A stretch of DNA of 64,000 nucleotides from Thermoanaerobaculia bacterium (GTDB lineage: Bacteria > Acidobacteriota > Thermoanaerobaculia > Multivoradales > UBA5704), in the NCBI GenBank assembly GCA_044226625.1, contig JBGAGQ010000033.1:1-64000 (forward strand). The letters run 5' to 3'. The position numbers and the translations under genes are program-made. This document shows positions 39,065 to 47,113 of this stretch, one piece after another; positions within the stretch are counted from its first letter, which is position 1; the number at the start of each line of letters is the position of its first letter. The notes under the pieces are model-generated. The model was not told the DNA's origin. It searched no databases and worked only from the letters and a program-made list of their open reading frames with translations.

Positions 39065-41362
39065 ATGAGACCCAATCACGATCGAGAACCCCCGACCGCC
39101 CCCCTGTTCGTCCCCGCCCTCGCGTTCGCCGCGGGGGCTCTGCTCGCCCAGGCTCCCATCCCTCTTTCGGTGCCGCTCCTCGCGTTGCTCATCGCCTGCG
39201 GACTCGCGCTTCGGCGATCGCCGGGCCTCCTGCTCGCGGCGCTCGCGGCGGGTGCCCTTGTGGCGACTCTGTTCGGATCCCCCTCAGGCCGCGCCGAGAG
39301 GGCGATCGACCCGGAGAGGCCCGTGGTCCTCTGGGGCAGGGTCGCCGGACATTGGGTCGCCGACGAGGACGGATGGGAGGTTCCGTTCGAGGTCCGGCGC
39401 TTCGAGCAGGGCGTTGGGCCCGACGCCCGATCGAACGTCCGATCGGTTGAAGCGATTCGCCTCGAGACGAGATTGCGGATTCCTGGCGGAGAGGAGCCGC
39501 CGGCCTACGGCTCGGATCTGCGCGTCGAAGGGTACCTTCGCCGCTCGGCGCCGTTCGCCAACCAGGGGGGCGTCGAGCCTCGGGGATGGCGAATCTCGCT
39601 CAAGAGCCGCGTCTTCCTCACGGTTGAAAAGCCGCCGGGACGACTCGCCCGGATCTCGTCGCGGCTGCGGCGGACGATCGAGCGGCGGATCGACGCCGTA
39701 GGACCGGAGAGTGCGGGCAAGTCGCTGGTCCGGGCTTTCGTGCTGGGGGATGCCTCCCGCATCGCGCCGTCGATCCGACGCGGCCTGCGCTGGACCGGGC
39801 TGTTCCATCTCCTCTCGGTCTCGGGTGTGCACGTCGGCCTGGCCGCGGCGCTCGTGTTCCTGATCGGCGGGCTTCTCGGACGGGCGTTGCCGAGGTTGGC
39901 GCGCCTCGCCCTCGCCGGCGGAGCGGTCGCCCTCTACCTGATGATCGCCGGGCCGCTGCCCGCCCTCGTCCGCGCCGCGGTCATGGCCTTCCTCGCGCTC
40001 GCCGCCCTCGCCGTCGAGCGACCTCCCGCCGCGAAGAATGGCCTCGGGCTCGCGCTGCTGTTCGGCGTGGCGAGCCGCCCCGATCTCGTCTCCGACCTGT
40101 CGTTTCAGCTCTCGATGTCGGCGACCGCGGGGCTGCTCGTTCTCGCCCCGTGGTTCGAACGCGCCTGGAGGCGATCCTCATCGCCCTCCTGGCTTCTGCG
40201 AGCGCTCGCCGCGAGCGCCGGTGCCGAGATCGCGACCCTGCCATGGGCGCTGCCGGCGTTCCACCTGCTGACGCCGGCCTCGTTCGCGTTCAACCTCGTG
40301 GCGATTCCGTGGGCGGCGGTGGCGCTCGCCGCGTGCTTCCTGTGGATCGCCCTCGCCTGCGCTGCACCGGGCCTTGCGGCTCAGGCGCTGCCGTGGCTCG
40401 ACGCGATCGCGGCGCCGCTCGGCTGGCCCGCGCTCATCCCCGGTTCGTGGCGGCCCGTGATTCCTCTCTCGGCCGGTGCGGGTCTGGCGCTGCTACTCGC
40501 GGTGGGTCTCGGGCTTCTCGCGCTCGCTCCCGACCGGCGCCGGTCGAGATCGCACCGAGCGGCCTTCGCGCTCTCCGGCCTCGCCGCCGTCGGGGCGTTC
40601 GCGTTCGCCGTTCGCTCGCCGGGGCCAACCGAGCCGGCTCTTTCTCTGCTCGACGTCGGCCAGGGGGATGCGATCCTCCTACGGGACGGTCCGCGCGCGA
40701 TCCTGGTCGACGGCGGTGGTTGGCGCCATGGCGACCTCGGTGGCCGGGTGCTCCTTCCCGCGCTGCTCGCCGAAGGTGTTCGCCGGCTCGATGCCGTGGT
40801 GATGACCCATCCGGACGCCGACCACTGCCAGGGCTTGGTCGACCTCGCCTCGTATCTCGACGTCGGAGAGATCTGGACCGCGCCGGGATGGAAGGCCGAA
40901 GGGTGCGCGAGCGATCTTTTCTCGCTTCCAGGGGTTCCTGTGCGCGCGTTCGTCGCGGGAGCGCAAGGCCGCGTGGGACGCTGGCGTCTCCGCGTTCTCG
41001 GCCCGGCGGAGGATGACGTCCGATCGGGACGATGGGCCGAAAACGAGCGGTCGCTGATTCTCCGGGCCGAGGCGTTCGGTCGCTCGGCGCTGCTTACCGG
41101 GGACGTCGAGAAGGTGGGGGAGCTCCACCTCCTCACCTCGTCGGCCGGCTTCTTTCTCGACGGGGTCGCTCCTCGTTGGGCGGTCATCTCGGTGGGTCCG
41201 AACAACCCCTATTACCATCCCTCGCCCGAGGTGATCGCGCGGCTCGAAGCGAGAGGTCTGCGTCCCCTGCGTACGGACCGCGACGGCGAGATCCGCCTCC
41301 GCTTCGGCACCGACGGCCGGATCCGACTCGATCTCCCGGGGACGCCCAAGGAGGCGCCGTGA
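39065..41362 (+). CDS. comEC: ComEC/Rec2 DNA-internalization protein (competence and MBL domains)
   Basis: HLLSVSGVHV, SFQLS, LDVGQGDA, ILVDGGG, THPDADH, LLTGD, AVISVG..N.Y.HP, RTDRDG; HHGS motif absent. Confidence 0.88.
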   Translation: MRPNHDREPPTAPLFVPALAFAAGALLAQAPIPLSVPLLALLIACGLALRRSPGLLLAALAAGALVATLFGSPSGRAERAIDPERPVVLWGRVAGHWVADEDGWEVPFEVRRFEQGVGPDARSNVRSVEAIRLETRLRIPGGEEPPAYGSDLRVEGYLRRSAPFANQGGVEPRGWRISLKSRVFLTVEKPPGRLARISSRLRRTIERRIDAVGPESAGKSLVRAFVLGDASRIAPSIRRGLRWTGLFHLLSVSGVHVGLAAALVFLIGGLLGRALPRLARLALAGGAVALYLMIAGPLPALVRAAVMAFLALAALAVERPPAAKNGLGLALLFGVASRPDLVSDLSFQLSMSATAGLLVLAPWFERAWRRSSSPSWLLRALAASAGAEIATLPWALPAFHLLTPASFAFNLVAIPWAAVALAACFLWIALACAAPGLAAQALPWLDAIAAPLGWPALIPGSWRPVIPLSAGAGLALLLAVGLGLLALAPDRRRSRSHRAAFALSGLAAVGAFAFAVRSPGPTEPALSLLDVGQGDAILLRDGPRAILVDGGGWRHGDLGGRVLLPALLAEGVRRLDAVVMTHPDADHCQGLVDLASYLDVGEIWTAPGWKAEGCASDLFSLPGVPVRAFVAGAQGRVGRWRLRVLGPAEDDVRSGRWAENERSLILRAEAFGRSALLTGDVEKVGELHLLTSSAGFFLDGVAPRWAVISVGPNNPYYHPSPEVIARLEARGLRPLRTDRDGEIRLRFGTDGRIRLDLPGTPKEAP

Positions 41363-41430
41363 GGTCGTTCGGACGAGCCGGTTTTGATACCCTCCGCGCG
41401 GATTCGAAAGCTCATGTCGGGAGGTGGGAG

Positions 41431-42375
41431 ATGGACCTGTTTCGGAAGCGCGCGCGTGGGTTCCTGGGGCTCGTCGGAATCGTCGCCCTGATGACGGGGA
41501 GGCCCGCTCTCGCGGCGGATCCGCCGGTTTCCGCGCCCGACGAAGCCCAGGCGAAGGCGGCGGCTCTCTTCGCCGCGAAAGATTGGGCGGGTGCCGTCGA
41601 GGCGTACCAGAGGATCGTCTCCGCCCGACCGAGCGACGCGCCGGCCTGGTACAACCTGGGCGCCGCCCACCACGCCCTCGGCCATTGGCAGGAGGCGGTC
41701 GACGCCTACAGCCAGGCGGGGGATGCCGGTTACGCGCCGGTGGTCATCGCGACCCGACTATCGAGGGTCCTCTCACGCAAGGGAGAGAAAGAGGCCGCGC
41801 TCGCCCAGCTCGAAAAGGCGGTGAAGCTCGGCTTCGCGCGCCTCGAAGTGATGGACAAGGATCCCGATTTCGAACCGATCCGGTCGGATCCCCGCTTTGC
41901 CGCTTTGCTCCTCGAGGTGCGGAAGAAAGTCGATCCCTGTTCCACCTCTCCGCGCTATCGCGACCTCGACTTCTGGCTCGGAGAGTGGGAGGTGCAAGTC
42001 CCCGCCGGTACCCCGATCGCGACGAGCCGGATCACCTCGATCCTCTCCGGCTGCGCGATCGAGGAAGATTACAGTCAGAACGACGGCGCCCTCGCGGGCC
42101 GGTCGCTCAGCGCTTGGTCCGAGGCCAAGGGCCATTGGCTCCAGCGGTACGTCGACAGCAAGGGGGACGTTCAGGAATGGGAGGGGGAGCCGGCCGGCCC
42201 CTCCATCCGATTTCTGCAAGCGGGACCGGGCCCCGACGGCCGCCCGGCGTCGTTCCGAATGACCTACACTCCCGACGGGCCCGACCGCGTACGGCAGCTC
42301 ATCGAGCTTTCGAGCGACGGCGGGAAGAGCTGGACGTCGGTGTTCGACGCGCTGTACGTGCGAAAGAAGTCCTAG
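41431..42375 (+). CDS. Secreted TPR protein with a C-terminal DUF1579-like beta domain
   Basis: Signal peptide, TPR (AWYNLGAAHHALG), TPR-end motif DPDFEPIRSDPRF, then DFWLGEWEV...SSDGGKSW. Confidence 0.7.
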   Translation: MDLFRKRARGFLGLVGIVALMTGRPALAADPPVSAPDEAQAKAAALFAAKDWAGAVEAYQRIVSARPSDAPAWYNLGAAHHALGHWQEAVDAYSQAGDAGYAPVVIATRLSRVLSRKGEKEAALAQLEKAVKLGFARLEVMDKDPDFEPIRSDPRFAALLLEVRKKVDPCSTSPRYRDLDFWLGEWEVQVPAGTPIATSRITSILSGCAIEEDYSQNDGALAGRSLSAWSEAKGHWLQRYVDSKGDVQEWEGEPAGPSIRFLQAGPGPDGRPASFRMTYTPDGPDRVRQLIELSSDGGKSWTSVFDALYVRKKS

Positions 42376-42450
42376 TCCTCGCGGAGCCCGGCGCGCGGCG
42401 GCGGTCCGTCGCGGGCCGACATTTCGAGAGCGCTCCGGAAGGAGGGTCGA

Positions 42451-43161
42451 TTGGACCGAGGCACGACCTTGACGGCCCACACGGCGAAGCCCGCGGTGTT
42501 CCGACCGGGCGCTCGACAATGGGTGCTCTACGGCTTCGTCACGCTGTTGATCGCTTTCCAATCGCTGTTCTTCTTCTTCGATCCCGTCGGGCCGCTGGTG
42601 CGACTCCTCGGCGGGGCCGGAATCGCCCTCTGGATCGGATTCCTGATCGCGAGCGCGCGGGCGCGGCTCGAGATCCACGACGACACCGTCGAGGTCTACA
42701 GCCCGGCCTACCGACTGGCCCCCTCGAAAGGGGGGAAAGTCGTCTTCGCCGTGCTCGTCGTCTTCGTGGCTTACGACCTCGCGGTGCTCGCCCTCGGCAC
42801 CCCGCCGCTCTGGATGCGGCAGCTCCGGTTCGTCGGGAGCTTCGCCCTGGTGGCGCTCTACCTCATCCTCATGCTGCTCTACCTCGAGCCGGGCCGGCGG
42901 AACATCCGCTACACGGACATCGTCTCGGCCCCGGAGGAAGTCGATTGGCAGCCCTCCCCTTGGGTCCGGAAGAAGGCCCTATTCATGGAGGTGTCTCGGG
43001 GGACGACGCCGTTCCAATTCCCGCCCTGGCTCAGCGAAGACGATCGCCATGAAGTCCAAGGTCGCGTCACGGCGCGGATGAAGCACGCCCACGCCTTGGA
43101 GCAAGCGCGGGAGGCGGCGCTGGACGGCCGTTCTCTAGAGGCAGTTTCTCCCGAGAGCTGA
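42451..43161 (+). CDS. Hypothetical membrane protein (about 4 TM)
   Basis: Four hydrophobic segments and gene-like codon usage; start uncertain. Confidence 0.6.
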   Translation: MDRGTTLTAHTAKPAVFRPGARQWVLYGFVTLLIAFQSLFFFFDPVGPLVRLLGGAGIALWIGFLIASARARLEIHDDTVEVYSPAYRLAPSKGGKVVFAVLVVFVAYDLAVLALGTPPLWMRQLRFVGSFALVALYLILMLLYLEPGRRNIRYTDIVSAPEEVDWQPSPWVRKKALFMEVSRGTTPFQFPPWLSEDDRHEVQGRVTARMKHAHALEQAREAALDGRSLEAVSPES

Positions 43162-43327
43162 GAGGCGCCGTGAGCCTCGAGCTTCGCAGGTCGGCGGTGC
43201 TACCTGGCCATCGCGCCCAAGATCGATGCAGGCCGCCTCGGCTCGGTCGAGGCGGGGGAATGCCCATCCTTGCGGCCCTCCCTTTCCTGGCCGCATTTGC
43301 CTTTCGCTTCCTCGCCCGAGATCTCGT

Positions 43328-44623
43328 TTACCGCACGACGCCCCTGAAGCTCGGCGTATACGCCGGATCCGGGAACACCGCCGCGAGGTTTGTGTTGCCG
43401 AGGCGTTTCTGCAGGATCTCGGCGAGGACGTCGCGGTAGTCGATGGTGATTTGGAGATCCTGGTCCTCGTAGAGCTGATCGGGGGCGAGGCCGGGCCAGT
43501 CGGCGAGGACGCGCCCGCCGGCGATCTGGCCGCCGAGCACGAGCATCGCGCCGCCGTGGCCGTGGTCGGTGCCGCGGCTCGCGTTCTCGTTGGCGTTCCT
43601 CCCGAACTCGGACTGCACGGTCACCACCACGCGATCGAACCCGCTCGTGAACAGGTCCTTGTGAAACGCCGCAAGGCCGCCCGAGAGGCTCCGCATCAGC
43701 ACCGCGAGATCGCCGTCGATCGCACCCATCTCTTCGTGGCTGTCCCAGCCGGAGAGGTCGATCGTCGCGGCCTCGACGCCGACCTGCGCCTTGATCAGCG
43801 CCGCGGTCGACTTCATCGCGTTGCCGAACTCGTCGTCCGGATACTCGGCGCCGCCGGCCGGATGGTAGCCGGCGAAGTCGATCTGCTGGAGCAGGTCGAT
43901 CGTCCGCGTCGTGTTGTTCGCGGCCGCTTTCAAGAGCGAGTCGGTCGCCGCCGCGTACATCGAGTCGAGCGCGCGCCGGCGTCCGGTCGCGAGCGCCTCG
44001 TCGCCCGAGAGTCCCACGTCACCCAGGTCGCGGACCGGTACGGTCTGTGGCCCGCCGACGAGGCTCCGCGGCAGGCCGTAGCCGAGCCCGAGCGCGCGCA
44101 GCGGCGCGCCCGCGACGGCGGGCGGCGTGGTCGCGAGATGGCGGCCGATCCAGCCGGTGAAGAGCGAGGTCGGCGGCTCCGGCCGGCCCACTTCCATAAA
44201 GTACATCGCCGAGAAGTGCGACCGCGTCGGATCGGGGAGGCCGGTCGCATGCACTAGCAGGAGCGCCCCGTCGTCGTACGCCTCTTGGAGCGCGCCCATC
44301 GCCCGCGGCAGACCGAAGAAACCGTCGAGGTCGATCGCGCTGTCTTGCCCGTCGCCGGGACGCGGAATCGCAAGCGTCGGCCGGAGCTCGTAGTAGGCCT
44401 GCTCGCCGTGCGGCACGACGAGCGTGAGGCCGTCGGCGCCGCCGCGCAGGAAGATCGAAACCAGCACGTCGCGCGAGCCCGCACCGCCGGCCGCGAACGC
44501 GATCTTCGGCAGCCAGGCGGGCACCGCGGCCGCGGCGAGAGCGGCGGTGGAGAGGCCGAGGAATCTCCGCCTCGACAGGTGGTTGAACTCCGAGCAGCCC
44601 TTCGGTTCGTCGTGTCGGCTCAT
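43328..44623 (-). CDS. DUF1501 family protein, Tat-exported
   Basis: SRRRFLGL Tat motif, IFLRGGADGL, TRSHF, GWDSH, SEFGR, GTDHGHG, DYRDV. Confidence 0.88.
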   Translation of the reverse strand: MSRHDEPKGCSEFNHLSRRRFLGLSTAALAAAAVPAWLPKIAFAAGGAGSRDVLVSIFLRGGADGLTLVVPHGEQAYYELRPTLAIPRPGDGQDSAIDLDGFFGLPRAMGALQEAYDDGALLLVHATGLPDPTRSHFSAMYFMEVGRPEPPTSLFTGWIGRHLATTPPAVAGAPLRALGLGYGLPRSLVGGPQTVPVRDLGDVGLSGDEALATGRRRALDSMYAAATDSLLKAAANNTTRTIDLLQQIDFAGYHPAGGAEYPDDEFGNAMKSTAALIKAQVGVEAATIDLSGWDSHEEMGAIDGDLAVLMRSLSGGLAAFHKDLFTSGFDRVVVTVQSEFGRNANENASRGTDHGHGGAMLVLGGQIAGGRVLADWPGLAPDQLYEDQDLQITIDYRDVLAEILQKRLGNTNLAAVFPDPAYTPSFRGVVR

Positions 44624-44642
44624 GATCGGTCTCCGAGGGCGA

Positions 44643-46181
44643 TCAGAATTCTTGAAAATCGGGCGAGGCGAGCGCGAGCCCGAGCGCCTCATGGACGCGC
44701 AGCGGCGTCCGCTGCCCACCGCGCAGGAAATCGCGCACGGCGTTCTGCGTCGCGGGGGCGAGCTTGCCGTTCGCGACCAGCGCGTTGATCCGCGTGGTGA
44801 GCGCTTGCGGCGTGAGGTTGCCCGGCAGCACGCCGTCGAGCTCGGTGCGGATGCCGAGCGAATCGCCGGCCGAAAGATCGAGCGTGAAGTTCCAACGGTT
44901 GCGGAGGAATCCGGTCCAGTACGCCCGGTTGTCGGGATAGCCGTTCGGCGGCGACCAGTAATAGGGAAGATGCCCCGAGTCGGCGAGGTGGTCGAACAGC
45001 GGCCCCGGATCGTCGACCGCGCCGAACGTCGCGCGCACGGCGGAGACGGCGTAATGGAACGGCCGCTTGAGCTTTGCCGGAGCCACCTGGATCCAAGGTT
45101 TCTGGAGCACCGCGCGGAGCATCGCCTTGATGTCGCCGCCGGTGTTGCGGAAGACGGTCGCCACCCGGTTGACGTAATTCGCGGGCGGCTCGTACCCCCA
45201 GAAGTAGACCAGCAGCTTGGTCGCGATGTGGCGCGCGGTGTTCGGATGGATCGCGAGCCGCGCGATCACCTTTTCGGCGTCCGTGACGCCGCCGCCCGCG
45301 GGGATGTTCAACCCGATCACCCGCTTCGCGCCGAAGTCGTGCGCGTCGGGCTCGAACTTGAACGCGCCGAAATTCTGCGCGTCCTCCTCCCAGACCACGA
45401 ACCAGCCGGTGAGGCAGCGGGCGATCTCCCGCACGTCGATCTGGGTGTACCCCTGATCGGCGCCGAGCGAGTGGAGCTCCATCACCTCGCGGCCGTAGTT
45501 CTCGTTCGGATAGTCGGCGTAGTTCGAGTCGTTGGAGAGGTAGGTGAGCATCGCCGGGCTCTTCGAGCTCGCCTTCAACAGGTCCGGAAACTTGCCCAGC
45601 GCGTGCTTGCGGATGACCTCGCGCTCGTCGACGTGCTTCAAGAAATACGCGGTGTCGCCGCCGAGGTCGATGTTGAAATGGTCGGTCCAGAAGTGGACCA
45701 TCGTCTCGAACAGCTGGCGTTTCGAATAGATCGCGCGGTAGATCGCCGCGACCGGCATCTCGTAGGAGAGGTCGAAGTTCTCGCCGAAGTAGAGCTCGCC
45801 GGGCGTCTTCGAGAGCGTCGGCAGACCCTCGGCAAGAGCGTCATCGAGCTCCGAGTCGTCGAGAGCCGTGTAGTTCAGCTGCTCTTCGAGATAGGCGGCG
45901 TATCCGATCTGCCGCATCCGCGCGTGATCGGCGCTAGTCGGCCCGAACGAGATTCGCTGAAGAAGCCGCTGCTCCGGGGTGAGCACGACGCCGGCGTTCG
46001 CCGTTTCCTCCTCCGGTGCCGCGAGAGCCGCGATTTCGGCGCCGTCCTTTCCCGCGGGCCGGCCGAACCGTTCGGCGAGCGCGCGAAGCCGCGGATGGTC
46101 GGCCCGACGGGCCATCTCGGCCTCGGGGCGCGGGCGGTTCAAGCCGAAGAATCCCGGCGCGGGAGCGGCGGCGCGTCGCAT
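44643..46181 (-). CDS. DUF1800 family protein
   Basis: RISFGP, QLFETMVHFWTDHFN, PAMLTYLSN, PNENYGREVMELHSLG, LASPDFQ; usual partner of DUF1501. Confidence 0.88.
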   Translation of the reverse strand: MRRAAAPAPGFFGLNRPRPEAEMARRADHPRLRALAERFGRPAGKDGAEIAALAAPEEETANAGVVLTPEQRLLQRISFGPTSADHARMRQIGYAAYLEEQLNYTALDDSELDDALAEGLPTLSKTPGELYFGENFDLSYEMPVAAIYRAIYSKRQLFETMVHFWTDHFNIDLGGDTAYFLKHVDEREVIRKHALGKFPDLLKASSKSPAMLTYLSNDSNYADYPNENYGREVMELHSLGADQGYTQIDVREIARCLTGWFVVWEEDAQNFGAFKFEPDAHDFGAKRVIGLNIPAGGGVTDAEKVIARLAIHPNTARHIATKLLVYFWGYEPPANYVNRVATVFRNTGGDIKAMLRAVLQKPWIQVAPAKLKRPFHYAVSAVRATFGAVDDPGPLFDHLADSGHLPYYWSPPNGYPDNRAYWTGFLRNRWNFTLDLSAGDSLGIRTELDGVLPGNLTPQALTTRINALVANGKLAPATQNAVRDFLRGGQRTPLRVHEALGLALASPDFQEF

Positions 46182-46275
46182 GCGTCTCTCTCCTATGGGT
46201 GAAGCGAGTCGAGGCGTATTTTGATCGGCGATCCTGATATTTGCAAGCGTCGATATCTTGGGTGCGGATGGCCGC

Positions 46276-46345
46276 GTCGGGGCGGAGTTTGCTTCCGCCC
46301 GCGGTTGTGGCGGGGGATCAGGGCCGAGGCAAGCTCCGCCCCGAC
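46276..46345. repeat. REP/REPIN-like inverted pair (second family)
   Basis: GTCGGGGCGGAGTTTGCTTCCGCCC ... GGGCCGAGGCAAGCTCCGCCCCGAC; overlaps the 3' end of the HXXEE gene. Confidence 0.7.
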
Positions 46346-46770
46346 GAAAGGGACACCACCGTTGACCGGCCGAAGAGGTGACGCACGAGCAGGAACACCA
46401 GCGCTCCGAGGATGGGGGCGGTGGCGACCCCGGGTGTATAGCCCCCTTGGAGGATCGACCACGCGGGATGCCCGATCGCGTTGATCCCCTCGATCACGGT
46501 CCAAAATCCGAGGACGATCGACGCCGAGCGCCACCCGAGCCGCACCGGAAACAGCCAGCACAGCACGCCGAAGAGCACGAGCGCGATGTTCGCCTCGACG
46601 AACCCGCGCTCCAGGTTCGCGGACACCAGCCCCGAGACGAGACGCGCGGGGGGGAACGTCTCCCACAACCGCCCGACGTACTCCTCGACCGAATGCGCCG
46701 CCTGGGCGAGCACGAGGGCGCCGAAGAGGAGGGTAGTCTTTCGGTTGGGGCCCGGATTGGACTCGGTCAT
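46318..46770 (-). CDS. HXXEE-domain membrane protein
   Basis: AQAAHSVEEY, NAIGHP, GGYTPGVATAP. Confidence 0.85.
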   Translation of the reverse strand: MTESNPGPNRKTTLLFGALVLAQAAHSVEEYVGRLWETFPPARLVSGLVSANLERGFVEANIALVLFGVLCWLFPVRLGWRSASIVLGFWTVIEGINAIGHPAWSILQGGYTPGVATAPILGALVFLLVRHLFGRSTVVSLSSGRSLPRP

Positions 46771-46786
46771 GGCGGCTCCGTACCCT

Positions 46787-46939
46787 TTACTCCGCCCGAA
46801 CGGAGGTCACGAAGAACCCCTCGGAAAGTTGCGCAGGGGCCGGCTCGGGAGCGGGGGGCGCGGGCCTCTGGGCGTGGGCCGACCAGGCGAGCGTCACGAC
46901 GAGGGCGAGAAGGCCGAGGGCGATCGAAGTGGTGCGCAT
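46787..46939 (-). CDS. Small secreted peptide (50 aa), not in the ORF track
   Basis: MRTTSIALGLLALVVTLAWSAHA-QRPAPPAPEPAPAQLSEGFFVTSVRAE; AGGAGG RBS 5 nt upstream; AHA signal peptidase site. Confidence 0.6.
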   Translation of the reverse strand: MRTTSIALGLLALVVTLAWSAHAQRPAPPAPEPAPAQLSEGFFVTSVRAE

Positions 46940-47113
46940 GGAGTCCTCCTGGACGGCGTCAGTTCGAGCCGGGCGGGTTCCGGCGGCGGTTCTCTCGGAC
47001 CCGGATGTTTCGATGAGATCGAGTTTACGCCCCGTGCGTGGCCGCGGACCGAGGACGGGCTACAATTCGCGCAGGGTTCCTTCTCCTGCGGAAACGAGGA
47101 AGTTCGCTTGTTC

